Positions 10,799 to 24,444 are shown, counted from the first letter of the stretch. The stretch is DNA of 64,000 nucleotides from Macrostomum lignano (GCA_002269645.1 NIVC01000110.1:310001-374000); one strand, 5' to 3'. Notes: generated by a model from the letters alone, not told the origin. Made by a program: numbers and translations.

Positions 10799-13122
10799 TC
10801 AGCCCTCAGCATCCTCTTGCGGCCCGAGCAGCTGCTGCACCACGCCAGCTTCATCTTCGGATCTCAGCCTCTCAACTGCATCCAGCGCCATGGGCAGCAG
10901 CTCCGTGGTTAGGTTTAGGTCGCAAAAGTACAACAGTGAAATTCACACTTTACTGACAATTTCAAGGATTAACAACTACTGGAACTTTACAAGGCTAAAT
11001 TGAATTTGCAAAATAAATTTGTTAAAATATTATTCAGATTCGAATTGCGTACGAGTTCATGACTTTGCGCCAAAAATGCCTGTATGAAGTTGAAGCTGCC
11101 TCATCCTGAGCAGCCAGACTCGCCAGAAGTTTTCTAAAATCTACTGGGAGAATCAGCAACCGGCCATATTCAGGTGCAAAACTGTCTCACAAGATAATCC
11201 TGAATATTTTCTTGACGCGAGACGGCAGAAATCTAAAATCCAGACTTTCTTCAAACACAAACTGAAGCACTGCGGCGGAGTCGGTCTCCTCCAGGTGCCG
11301 CCACACGAGCTCCTTCGCCTCGCCTACCGACAGCAGCTCGCTGCCTCCGCCAGGACTCTCCGGACACTCGATGCCGCTGCTCTCCTGGCCCGTCAGTCCT
11401 GCTGCAGCACCGGCCGCATCCAGCGGTGCTCCGACTTTGAGATGCGCCATCAACCTGAGGCTCTCTCTGGCTAATCTGGCGCAGTCTGGCAGCTCACCGA
11501 TCAGCTGCAGCAGCTCTGACAGTCTATCGGACTCAATGAAGGTGACGTCAATGTCGGAGTCCCAGCTGATCTCCCCGTTCAGAGTCTCCAGGCTGCTGCC
11601 CCACCCGTCTGCGAAGCTACCGAACATAAAGAAGTCGTTGTAATCCATCGGGTGTCTCAGGATGTCCTGCAGCGCCGCTCTGAACTGCCGCGTTGGCCTG
11701 CTTGAACCCGGCGGCTCGCATGGCTTCGGACAGCCGCGAGCTGCTCCTGGCGCTGCTCCTCCGCTGACCGGACGGTCGGCGCTGCGATATAGGGGCTGAG
11801 AAGAATGCAGAAAAAATATCTTAATCGCATCTGGTGGCGATTCCGCTCCAGCAGCAATTAAAAATTCTCTGACTGAGTCATTGCCTGGAAGCATCATAGT
11901 AAACAACGACAGCGTGAAGACCATCGGTCCTGGCTGATCCCAGCTGACACCAGCATCGATCAGAAGTTGCACCGCCTCTGTGAACCCAGCTGCTTAGGCA
12001 ACTATAAACCACTCTAAGCTGTTTTTTCCATCGATGTCTGCAGAAGCCTCAATCAGCATCCGAGCCATGGACAGCTACCGACGCTCGATTGCCTGCTTGA
12101 CCAAATCCTAGTTGTTATCGCTGCTCATATCGGCTGAAGCTCCAGCTCGAATCAGCTCTCCGGACGATCTCCGGAGTTTTTCATATAAACAGCCAATGCC
12201 AGGGGAGTTCGGCCATTGCTGTTCAGCAGGTCGACCCTGGCTCCAGCTCTGAGCAGCATGGCAACCAGCTCTGCTCTTCCTTTACGAACTGCAGTGTGCA
12301 GCGGCGATATTCCGCTTCACGTCCTCCTTATAATAAGACCAGACTGCGAAATAAAAATACTTTAAACGATTATCTAACCTTTCTGGAGATTAATCAACAT
12401 TGGCTCCGGCTTTGGTGAGAACTGCGGCTGTCTCAGTGCTCAAGTTGCTTTCTGCCGCACGGTGAACAGGAGTGAAGCCTTCTTCATCCGTAATTTCGGT
12501 ATTCACACCTGCGCTAATCAGCTGGCTCATGACGTCAATGTTCCCAAATTGTTCAGCCTCATGCAGTGGAGCTGAACCACGAGGGCAGTTCGGGTTCCGC
12601 CTGTCGGGATCTGCAGCGGCACTCAGCAATATTCGAACGATTTCGACATTGCCCGTCAGAACGTCCACAACGCCAGCCCGGCCGTGCAGGACGCACAGAA
12701 ACAGCGAAGTCGGCAGCGGGACGGCGGCTCCCGAGACCGGTGGCGGCTCCTGACGGCTGTCGGTGGCAGCGCAGGTCGGTCCGTCCCCGTCCGGACGGCT
12801 GGACTCGCTCCGGCTCGCAGCAGCCAGCAGCCGCGTCAGTCGCTCGCTGCTGCCGAGGACGGCACAGTGCAGCGGCGTAGAGCCGTCAGCTGCGGCCAGG
12901 TTGACGTTCGCAGAGGCCTCCACGAGCAGCCGCGCGGCCTCTGCGTTTCTTAGAAAGCTGGCGACGTGCAGCAAGGACCTGCCGAGAAAGTCCTGCCCGC
13001 CACTCACTGAGGAGGCCGCAGTCTCCCGACTCGAGCGACTCGAGCACCGACTCGAACTGCGGCGGCTCAGGTGGGCTGAGAGGTCGCCCTGATGTGACCG
13101 GAGGCGGCTGATGGGCCGTCAT
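10799..13122 (-). pseudogene. Ankyrin-repeat plus Pol-beta-superfamily nucleotidyltransferase (Mab-21/cGAS-like) pseudogene, nested antisense in GPCR intron 2
   Basis: Ankyrin motifs (GRSLLHVA, GSTPLHCA, GSAPLHEA, GFTPVHRA, GISPLHTA, GRTPLALA) precede FMFGSFADGWG...DSDIDVTF. Lesions: frameshifts near 13005 and 12165, and in-frame stops at 12392-12390, 12110-12108, 12077-12075 and 11996-11994. A 35-nt GT-AG intron lies at 12378-12344. Confidence 0.72.
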
Positions 13123-13541
13123 GGCTGTCTGTGCTGCACTGTGTTCTGTTTCTAAGAAATAAAGTGCAAGTTAAAAGCTTCGCCAGTGGCTAACTTTTGC
13201 GAAAGAAGAACAATGATGCAACCGAGTCGGTGCCTCCTCTTTGCTGACTTTCGCAGCTGTCTCTGATTTCTCCTCAATTGCTACTCTGGACTCCCACCTG
13301 ATCGCCATCCTCGATTCATCTCAGACTCACAATCTGCCTTTTGCTTTATTGTGACTTTTTCGTGTTATAAGAGTTGAACCTGACATACAGTTAAAAAGAA
13401 CAACCACAGATAACTCCAAGGGAAACGTTTACTTCTGATAGTAAGACTCTTGTCGACAATTTTTTGTAGAATTTTGTCATCCTGAATAGAAAATTTCCGG
13501 GAAACATGACCAATTAATTATCGCATGTATTTTCCTTACAG

Positions 13542-13850
13542 GCTTACGAAGAGTCCGAATCCCAAAGCCGCTCAGGCAGTCAGATGGTGTTAATCCTGTC
13601 GGCATTCTACCTGTGCTCGAACCTGCCCAGCATTGGCTTCTATGCTCTGAGCTGGGTTTTCAACGGTAATCTCGGCCTGAACCCAGAAGTAAACAACCTG
13701 CTTGCCGACTATCTGTTGATGTTTCACTTCAGCGCCAATGGCACCAGCTTTCTGTTTTATTGTTCGTTCAATGCCAACTTTCGCAGATGCTTGAAGAAGC
13801 TTTTCTTGTGCAAATCTGGCACAGGATCGGTGCAGCCGTTGGTGGCATGA
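13542..13850 (+). CDS. Class A GPCR, exon 3 (TM6-TM7-helix 8); spliced product about 348 aa
   Basis: Acceptor TTTCCTTACAG| is phase 0. Translation includes MVLILSAFYLCSNLP and SANGTSFLFYCSFNANFRRCLKKLF. The three exons total 1047 nt, an intact frame. Confidence 0.86.
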   Translation, partial: AYEESESQSRSGSQMVLILSAFYLCSNLPSIGFYALSWVFNGNLGLNPEVNNLLADYLLMFHFSANGTSFLFYCSFNANFRRCLKKLFLCKSGTGSVQPLVA

Positions 13851-14806
13851 GAAACAAGTGTGTATTGAGCACACCCAGCTGCACAGCAATAGGGAAAAAA
13901 GAAAGCAAGGAAGAAATGAGGATAGGGGGTCAGCGGTCACTATTTGACCAAAATTCGAATCAAAACTCGCACCTCATGTGAGAACTCAGCAAATTGCGGT
14001 CCATTCCATAGCAAAAAATCTATATTTAGCTGATGCGTAATATGCATGGTGTCGAAGCATGGAAAAACATTTCCTATAGAGAAATTTAGAAGCGAGAAAG
14101 ATCTGCGGCCAGAGTAATCAAATTTGATGTAAAATTTTTAATTTTTTTAGTTTTAAGCTTAAATTTCATCCCTCTTCTCGAGACTGAACGAATGCCGCTA
14201 CCATACGCTCGGTATGCTCTTGATGAATAGGTTTTCTCCTCCGGTTTTGTTGTCTATGGTAAAACCCCATTCAGCTCTCTCGACAAATATCTAATTTCTA
14301 AGAAACTCCAGTCTGGCGTCCTTCTACCATGCGTGAAATCCCCGACTAAATGCATTCGCGTGCCGACTAAAAGTCTGCGTTTTTTGCATGCTGGATCCGC
14401 CCTGCATCCTTGATGGGAATTGACAAACAACTGGCAGGGTCTCACGTTTCAAAGGCTTTGATTGCTCGGGGCTGCACGCGTGGGAGCGCGCCAGACAAGG
14501 TTCAGAATTTTGCAACCACAAGGAAAAATGGTTAATTTAATTATTCGGAATTTATTCATTAATGTTAGCCAACTTACTGTTTTACGAACAATATTTATCC
14601 TCTGATTCAAGCTTTGTTCAACATAGTCTGCACTTTTTGTTGGTTCTGTTTAAACACTTTTTTCTCTGACTCCTTTTTAGTTATTGTGCGAGTTTGATGT
14701 TCTCAGTAATCGGTTATTTTCCTAGCTTCTTAGCTTTACAATATATTGCTTGCCTATCTATCATTTTGGAGTCACTGCTATCCCGTTTGCGCTCAGTTCG
14801 AAGCAC

Positions 14807-14892
14807 TTACCCAGAGCAATTACCCAGAGCAATTACCCAGAGTAATTACCCAGAGCAATTACCCAGAGCAATTACCCAGAGCAATTACCCAG
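14807..14892. repeat. 13-bp tandem repeat TTACCCAGAGCAA, about 6.5 copies
   Basis: Directly visible. Confidence 0.95.
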
Positions 14893-14974
14893 AAAACATC
14901 ATAAATATACTTTTTTTCAATTAAAACAATTATACGCTTCTAATTAAAAATTAAATGCCTACCAGTACAAATGA

Positions 14975-15972
14975 ACTCACTCATGAACTCACGCATGAAC
15001 TCATTCATGAACTCACTCATGAACTCACTCATGAACTCACTCATGAACTCACTCATGAACTCAGTCATAAAGTCATGAACTCACTCTTGAACTCACTCAT
15101 GAACTCACTCATAAACCTATGAACTCACTCATAAAGTCATGAACACACTCATGAACTCACTCATGAACTCACTCAAAAACCTATGAACTCACTCAAAAAC
15201 CTATAAACTCACTCAAAAACCTATGAACTCACTCAAAAACCTATGAACTCACTCATAAAGTCATGAACACACTCATGAACTCACTCATGAACTCACTCAA
15301 AAAGTCATGAACTCACTCAAAAACCTATGAACTCACTCAAAAATCTATGAAATCACTCGTGAACTCACTAATAAAGTCATGAACTCACTCATGAACTCAC
15401 TCATGAACTCACTCAAAAACCTATGAACTCACTCATGAACTCACTCATGAACTCACTCATGAACTCACTCATGAACTCACTCATGAACTCACTCATGAAC
15501 TCACTCATGAACTCACTCATGAACTCACTCATGAACTCACTCTTGAACTCACTCATGAACTCACTCATAAACCTATGAACTCACTCATAAAGTCATGAAC
15601 ACACTCATGAACTCACTCATGAACTCACTCAAAAACCTATGAACTCACTCAAAAACCTATAAACTCACTCAAAAACCTATGAACTCACTCAAAAACCTAT
15701 GAACTCACTCATAAAGTCATGAACACACTCATGAACTCACTCATGAACTCACTCAAAAAGTCATGAACTCACTCAAAAACCTATGAACTCACTCAAAAAT
15801 CTATGAAATCACTCGTGAACTCACTCATAAAGTCATGAACTCACTCATGAACTCACTCATGAACTCACTCAAAAACCTATGAACTCACTCATGAACTCAC
15901 TCATGAACTCACCCATGAACTCACTCATTAACTCACTCATGAACTCACTCATGAACTCACTCATGAACTCAC
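14975..15972. repeat. 12-bp minisatellite ATGAACTCACTC with a 456-bp higher-order duplication
   Basis: The variant pattern (TCTTGA, AAACCTATG, AAAGTCATG, GAACACAC) recurs at 15085 and 15541. Confidence 0.95.
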
Positions 15973-16367
15973 AATCATGATCGCCAGCTCAGAAATCCTT
16001 GCCACTCAAAGTAGCCATCAGCTTTGCTGTCTCTAAGTAAAGAAAAATCTCAAAAGTGTTCTAAATTACTTGAGTTTGAACTTAGTTGCCAACTTTGCAC
16101 GCTTTTGTTTGCTAAGGATTTGTAGCCAATTGTGCAAAGGAGTTGCTACCATTTCCATATTTTAACAAATCTTGAACACTTTTTGTTACACGTCCTGAGC
16201 TAGCCTAAAGCAAAGATGTATGCATACCAAAAACACAGCCTTTTTAATTGCCTAAAAATACGCAGTCACTTGCAGTTTTCAAGATTTTACAAGGCAGATT
16301 TTACGATTCAAATATTTATTCATCTACTTTTCTAAGTAGTCTAGATTGAATTCTCACTTATCTCTTC

Positions 16368-16460
16368 TCTTGACCCACTAGCCTTCCTTGATCCATCAGC
16401 CTTCCTTGACCCAACTCCCTTTCCTTGACCCACCTGCCTTCCCTGACCCACCTTCCCTCC
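16368..16460. repeat. Short ~20-bp pyrimidine-rich tandem repeat (TTCCTTGACCCA core)
   Basis: Four to five degenerate units. Confidence 0.7.
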
Positions 16461-17164
16461 TAGGTTAGAATTTCCAATCTTTACCCGAATCTTCACGTAC
16501 AGGTACGCTCATCCATATAAGCAGACACTTGCGAATAGCTTCACCTTGAAAGCTACTACTGAAATCAGTAGCATTATTTGAACATTAAAAATATAAAGAA
16601 CCATAATCAGTAATTTGTTACTGCAGAATAAACAACTCCTGGTCTCCTGGTCTCTCGGATTTCCGTCCGTGAGACCGTGGCAGCCAAGCAGGCGTGAGAA
16701 TAAAGCTGGGAGAACCACAGAGAGCTGGAGAACCTCCGCTACATCAGCTACCGGCGGCTTCTTCCCTCACCAAAAATATTGTCCACAAGCAGGAAATTCG
16801 GCTTCTTTTTAGCTTTAGTTTCTTTTCTTGACGAAAGAAGGCAAGCCGCTACAATGTCGGGCTGCATGGCTTCCATCTGGTATGCGTGGGTCTTGGATTG
16901 AGTTACAGTTTCGGACCAGACTGCGTGATTAATAATGCCGAGATATCTTCGGGTCAGAAAGCACTTACAGTACGCAGCTAGCACGCGCGCGTCCAATGTT
17001 TTTTACAGCATCGGGATTCTGTCTTCATCGTCTCTTCATCATTTCCGGACCCTCCAATCCACCCTCTGTTCACCCTCTCCTGACCCTGTTTACCCTCGCC
17101 TCAACCACTTCTCAGCCTCTCTTCATCACATCTCTTTTCAACTTCTCATCCCTCTCTTTACCCT

Positions 17165-17710
17165 CTTCTTCTTACTCTCCCACACCTTCTCCTCACCCTC
17201 TCCATACCCTCTCCACACCCTCTCCTCACCCTCTCCATACCCTCTCCATACCCTCTCTTCATTCTCATTTTACGCTTTCCACACCCTCTCCACACCCTCT
17301 CCTTATACCCTCTCCACACCCTCTCCACACCCTCTCCATACCCTCTCCACACCCTCTCCATACCCTCTCCACACCCTCTCTATACCCTCTCCACACCCTC
17401 TCTTCATTCTCTTTGTACGCTTTCCACACCCTCTCCACACCCTCTCCACACCCTGTCCATACCCTCTCCACACCCTCTCCACACCCTCTCCATACCCTCT
17501 CCACATCCTCTCCTTATACCCTCTCCACACCCTCTCCACACCCTCTCCACACCCTCTCCACACCCTCTCCACACCCTCTCCACACCCTCTCCACACCCTC
17601 TCCTTACCCTCTCCACATCCTCTCCACACCCTTTCTACATCCTCTTCTTACCTTCTCCACACCCTCTCCACACTCTCCACACCCCCTCCTTACCCTCTCC
17701 TCACCCTCTC
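17165..17710. repeat. 11-bp C/T-rich minisatellite CCCTCTCCACA
   Basis: Directly visible; ORF translations are periodic (TLSTPSPHPLH). Confidence 0.93.
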
Positions 17711-18344
17711 CAGACTCTCTTCAACCTCCTTCACACCCTCAGCAGCTGTTTAGCTACTGTATACATCTACACAGCAGCACAGCGCGGTCCCATCGCTGCA
17801 CAAAAGTGGCAGCGGAGAGTTTCTATTTTCTCACCAAACCGCCTGACCAAAATTCATCCATAATTTGGGCCGACTCTGTTATTCCGTCATTGGCCTAGAA
17901 GATGTATTGCTGCCGCCGCTGCTGCCGACACAGCCCCGGGGGCAGTGCCATGGTGTCGCGCTGCTAAGTAAATAATACAAATTGAAAGTTAAGCAGGCCC
18001 ATGTGACCAGAGCAGACCATGTGAATCAATGGGGGCTTATATTGCACAGCTGAACTGCAGCTACATGCATGAGTCTCTGGAGCCATTTAACTGCGCAATT
18101 GTCTGCGCAACCAAGCATCCATCTCGCAGAGAGCCTTTGCGCACGCTTGAGCCTCCTGCAGACCCGTTGTCCTGGGCAGCAAAGTAAAAAAATACTGTCA
18201 ACCCCAATGACCAAGGAGCCCTTGGTCTGGTTATCTGGAATTGAAACTCTTTATTCTTTATATAGTCTATGGCCGAAAAAGGGGGTCTATGAAGCAGAAA
18301 ATCAGATAAAAGTTTAAAGATGATTAGAAAAGTATAAAACGGTA

Positions 18345-19683
18345 GGCGTTGCTGTGGGTTCTATGGGCCAAAAATTTTACAGCACTAAATTCCTACATTA
18401 TTTTTGGAATTGATGTTGTTAGCACTCATTTTGGCGCCGCAGGCACTCATTTTGGCGCCGCAGACACTCATTTTGGCGCCGCTGACACTCATTTTGGCGC
18501 CGTAGACACTCATTTTAGCGCCGCAGACACTCACTTTGGCGCCGCAGACACTCATTTTGGCGCCGCAGACACTCATTTTGGCGCCGCAGACACTCATTTT
18601 GGCGCCGCAGACACTCATTTTGGCGCCGCAGACACTCATTTTGGCGCCGCAGACACTCATTTTGGCGCCGCAGACACTCATTTTAGCGCCGCAGACACTC
18701 ATTTTAGCGCCGCAGACACTCATTTTGGCGCCGCAGACACTCATTTTGGCGCCGCAGGCACTCATTTTGGCGCCGCAGACACTCATTTTGGCGCCGCAGG
18801 CACTCATTTTGGCGCCGCAGACACTCATTTTGGCGCCGCAGGCACTCATTTTGGCGCCGCAGACACTCATTTTAGCGCCGCAGACACTCATTTTAGCGCC
18901 GCAGACACTCATTTTAGCGCCGCAGACACTCATTTTAGCGCCGCAGACACTCATTTTAGCGCCGCAGACACTCATTTTGGCGCCGCAGACACTCATTTTA
19001 GCGCCGCAGACACTCATTTTGGCGCCGCAGACACTCATTTTGGCGCCGCAGGCACTCATTTTAGCGCCGCAGACACTCATTTTAGCGCCGCAGACACTCA
19101 TTTTGGCGCCGCAGACACTCATTTTGGCGCCGCAGACACTCATTTTGGCGCCGCAGGCACTCATTTTAACGCCGCAGGCACTCATTTTAGCGCTGCAGAC
19201 ACTCATTTTGGCGCCGCAGACACTTATTTTGGCGCTGGAGGCACTCATTTTGGCGCCGCAGACACTCATTTTGGCGCCGCAGGCACTCATTTTAGCGCCG
19301 CAGACCCTTTTTTGGCGCCGCAGACACTCATTTTGGCGCCGCAGGCACTCATTTTGGCGCCGCAGACACTCATTTTGGCGCCGCAGGCACTCATTTTGGC
19401 GCCGCAGACACTCATTTTGGCGCCGCAGGCACTCATTTTGGCGCCGCAGACACTCATTTTGGCGCCGCAGGCACTCATTTTGGCGCCACAGACACTCATT
19501 TTGGCGCCGCAGACACTCATTTTGGCGCGGAAGGCGTTATATTCCGTCACCCCTGAAGCAAAATTATTGATTTTCGTATCAATTCGCAAGGTGGGACGGG
19601 GGGACACAGGATTTACATGTCCTATCAATAGCTTTTACTGGGGGGGGCATGTCCCCCTGTCCCCCCAGGTGGCGACGATCCTG
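18345..19683 (-). mobile_element. Satellite-bearing element, copy 3, inverted, with about 53 x 21-bp units at 18421-19530
   Basis: Its reverse complement reads CAGGATCGTCGCCACC...AAAAGCTAT...AATCAATAATTTTGCTTCA - array - AACAACATCAATTCCAAAAATAATGTAGGAATTTAGT, matching copies 1 and 2. Confidence 0.78.
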
Positions 19684-20009
19684 CTATAAATATCCAAAAA
19701 TTCGTCATCAGCTACTAATGTCCAGTCCAGATTCTATGGTCAAGAAGTCCATGGTCTAGGCCTCGGCGCAAGTTCTGTGAATCGAATAGCACGACAGTTC
19801 CATCAGCGCTGACTTGCGCGTGTGACCCTGGCTGCTGCACGCGACTTGGACACCAGACAGATCTAACAGCCTGGCTGTGGGGCTGAACTAACCAACTCGC
19901 ATTCTGAACCAGAATTGCATCAAGTTTCACTTGGCCTTGTCAGTGCTGCTGGTGGGCAGAGTGTTGTCCTACAACTGGGAATGTGCACACCATAGCCTTA
20001 TACGGCAGC

Positions 20010-20408
<399 letters not shown>

Positions 20409-21023
20409 AAGGCGTTGCGCTAGGCAGCCCACAGCCCTCCTGCAAATTTTTTAGAAAAACAAAAACTAAAGAGCATGATTGAGCTGTTCTGATTAACGAA
20501 TTTATGTTGTCGCCGATAAAAGATTTTGTTTGAAAACGCCGCCGTTTAATAACAGATTACAGGTGGGCTTGGCAAACAAGGAGACACACAGGTTGGACAG
20601 AAGTTACGGCACAACTAGAAACACATTTTAAATTTTGTCACATTGATGATTTGAAATTAATAACAAGTAGAACAATTTGTTTATAATAACGAAGGTCCAA
20701 AAAACAGGTCTCGAAGACAGGTACAAGTAGAGCTGAGATCTAATTGAAGCCACAGAAAAAAAGCTCAGAGAACGACAATATCCAGGTGCAATCAGACTAA
20801 ACCACAAGCTGAAATTTATTCACCGCGATAGAAAGCTGTAGGCTGTAATGTTGGCTTGAGTAGATGCCATCGTATTCTACTGGTAAGAAGATTTAATCAA
20901 AGAAATCTGTTCTGTTCTGGACAGCAAAGCGGTACAATGAAGACTGGACTGGACAAAACCGAAAAAGACAACAGCAAGTGTACAGGTGAACAAAGTCTCG
21001 AACTTCAACAACTCAGTTGTGCT

Positions 21024-22165
21024 TCAATTGGCTTCTGGGACGTCGTCAGTTCCATCGGCTTGGCACTTGCGCAGGTGCTTCTCGAGAGTGCTGGCAACGC
21101 TGAACGGCGTGCGGCATCGGGTGCACACGTGCGCAGCGGCGCTCTTGCCGCCGTGCGTCTTCATGTGCCGCGTCAGCTTGCTGCTCTGCGCGCAGGCGTA
21201 GCTGCACAGCCGGCAGCTGTACGGCTTCTCACCCGTGTGGCTCCGCCTGTGCACAGTCAGGTTCGAGCAGTTCTTGAACACTTTGCCGCAGAACTCGCAG
21301 GTGTCGCTGCGTCGAGACTTTGTCGGCGACGGTGTTGCTGCGATGGCGTCGGCGTCTGCAGTTGAGGCAGGTTGATTGTTCTTGTTGCTGCTGCTGCTGC
21401 TGCTGCTTAGGTTCTTGGCGTTTTTAGCATTTCCAGAATCAATATCGACAGCCGCTGTCGGTAGCGACACAGAGGAAGTCGGCGGTGCAGCGGCTTGAGA
21501 TACGCTTGAGGCTGGAGGTCCGGCCGGAGACAGGGCTGGCGGCAGGAGCGGCGGCGGAGGCAGCGGCGGCGGCGGCGGTACCACCGAGCTGCGTCGCCAG
21601 AGCTGCGGTGGTGGCAGCGGCAGCGGCAGAGGCAGCTGCTGCTGCTGCTGAGGACCATCGAAATCCAGCCTCGGCCGCTTGGCCGCCGCGGAAGCCGCCA
21701 TGGCGGCCGCCATAGCAGCCGTGACGGCTGGGTGCCAGCAGTGGGGACTGTAGGGCGATCTGGCAGCGTAGAATGCGGCAGCCGATGACAGCAGACTCGA
21801 GCTGGTCGGTGGAGGCGGCGGCGGCGGTGGCATCGGCAGCGGCCTCGGCGGCGGCGGCAGCATCAGGCTCGGGTCGAACAGACCGGCCTGGAGCGCCAGA
21901 CGCCGCTTCTCGGGATGCTGTTGCAGCGGCGGCGGCGGTGGTGGCGAGTGCGCCAGCGGCGAGGAGCTTGTCGTTGAAGCGGTTTCCGTTGCGGCAGCGA
22001 TGCCCTCTCCCGAGGACAGGAAGATATCCAGCCGGTGCTGGGACTGGGCATGCTGCAGCAGCTGCCAGGCGCTCCGGTAGCTGCACAGGCATTTGCGGCA
22101 CACGAAACTGCTGGGTTCGTCCAACTGTTGACCTCCGGCTGCCGGGTCCGCTGCGTTGCCAGGGG
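21024..22165 (-). CDS. BCL11: BCL11/CTIP-family C2H2 zinc-finger transcription factor, terminal exon
   Basis: [11 protein letters not shown]...[13 protein letters not shown] matches BCL11 ZF1. [26 protein letters not shown]...[17 protein letters not shown] and [11 protein letters not shown] match the C-terminal ZF triplet. Phase-1 acceptor CACCCTCCAG| at 22166/22165. Confidence 0.93.
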
Positions 22166-22262
22166 CTGGAGGGTGAGTTGGCGGCTTGCATCTTTGTCTG
22201 TGTAACATGCATGAATGTGCCTCTGCTCCCTCTCGCCTCTCCGCACACCCAACTACACTTCT

Positions 22263-22571
22263 TTCCCCTCTGTTCCCCTCTGTTCCCCTCTGTTCCCCAC
22301 TGTTCCCCTCTGTTCCCCTCTCTCCCCCTCTGTTCCCTCTGTTCCCACAGTTCCCCTCTGTTCTCCTCTGTTCCCCTCTGTTCCCCTCTGTTCCCCTCTG
22401 TTCCCCTCTGTTCCCCTCTGTTCCCCTCTGTTCCCCTCTCTTCCCTCTGTTCCCCTCTGTTCCCCTCTGTTCCCTCTGTTCTGTTCCCCTCTGTTCCCCT
22501 CTGTTCCCCTCTGTTCCCCTCTGTTCCCCTCTGTTCCCCTCTGTTCCCCTCTGTTCCCCTCTGTTCCCCTT
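22263..22571. repeat. Intronic 10-bp repeat CCCCTCTGTT
   Basis: Directly visible; lies between the donor at 22579 and the acceptor at 22166. Confidence 0.96.
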
Positions 22572-22579
22572 TGACTCAC

Positions 22580-22723
22580 TTGAGTCCACACAGCCTCGGG
22601 TGCTGGTCCAGGCATCCTTGCTCTCCGTGAGCGACTCAGACGGTCCCTGCTGCTGACTGCTGGATTGAGTCGTCATCACGTTAGAGTTCGAAGACTTCAA
22701 GACCGCAGAAGCGTCCGCAATCT
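22580..22723 (-). CDS. BCL11: BCL11-like gene, internal exon (144 nt, phase 1-1)
   Basis: Acceptor TCTTCCCCACAG| and donor A|GTGAGT; in frame with both neighbouring exons. Confidence 0.75.
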
Positions 22724-23443
22724 CTGTGGGGAAGAGATTTAAACCGGTGCAACTCAACAGAAATTGAAGAGAAAAAATTAGCTGAAAATGTAAAGTGAAA
22801 CTAAACAGGTATAACCTGTTTCCTCCCGGTAAGCAAAGCAAACAAAGAGGTCACGTATTCTCAGATATGATAAAATTATTCAATTTTCAAACTGAGCAAT
22901 CAGAATCCCCTCCATGCAGATGCGATCGCCACTATGCTTGGGCTTGAATCAATCAAATCAGCCATCGCTGGCATTATCCCAGCTGCTTAAAATTCACCCG
23001 CGGATCAGGGCAAAGGACCTGACAAAAAATGCAGAGCTGGAAAAAGGCTCAGTAAAAAAGCAGAAAAATTGCATACATGAGTGGCCAGGGAAAAAGAATG
23101 GGCAGAGGAGGCTGGGGCGGCATGATGAGGGCTCCCCGCCTGCTCGCCTGTTGAAATGAAATTGAAAATGGCCCTCTGAGTGCCCGAGCAGCTACGGCTG
23201 TGATTGTTGCTCAGACTCCACTCAGCTGAGCCGAGCGGCATCCTCTCTAGAGATAGCTCAAGCCGGGGGGGGGGGATAGAATCCACTCTTCGCTGATCTG
23301 CTATTGTCTGCGAGCTGCTTCCATTGTCTCTGCCCCATGGCCCTGTGCCGCTTTCTGCTGTCCCACGAGGGCCGGCCTGGGACCTGCCGGCTGCCATGCG
23401 GGCGGCAGATCGAAAAAACCCGTAAGCCATTGCTGAATTAATG

Positions 23444-24300
<857 letters not shown>

Positions 24301-24344
24301 AGATAGATAGATAGAGATATAGATAGATAGATATAGATAGATAT

Positions 24345-24411
24345 AGAGGACAGATATGAGGGGTAGATTTGAGATAGATAGATGAGGGATATTTGAGGAT
24401 AGATATGAGAT

Positions 24412-24444
<33 letters not shown>

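Noticed and set aside
10771-10910. GC-rich block as an extra plus-strand GPCR exon
   Set aside because: No acceptor/donor pair gives the required phase 0-0 open frame. The minus strand reads as the tail of the ankyrin-NTase pseudogene (LTTELLPMALDAVERL...).
16935-17898. 272-aa and 300-aa ORFs
   Set aside because: They are products of the 11-bp C/T repeat.
18020-18190. Exon-like open frame (NGAYIAQLNCSYMHESLEPFNC...)
   Set aside because: No recognisable domain, convincing acceptor or partner exon.
1748-19530. Regular 20-21-bp arrays as possible CRISPR arrays
   Set aside because: Units are head-to-tail with no unique spacers, there are no cas genes, and the context is eukaryotic.
18349-19689. 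446-aa, 344-aa and 301-aa ORFs
   Set aside because: They are 21-bp satellite translations.
19700-19990. Stop-riddled minus frame faintly like a hAT dimerisation domain (LMQFWFRMR...)
   Set aside because: The diagnostic ERxFS motif is absent and the similarity is too weak to support.
21024-22841. 605-aa single ORF as the BCL11 protein
   Set aside because: It reads through a stop-free 10-bp-repeat intron; canonical splice sites at 22723, 22580 and 22165 give a better model.
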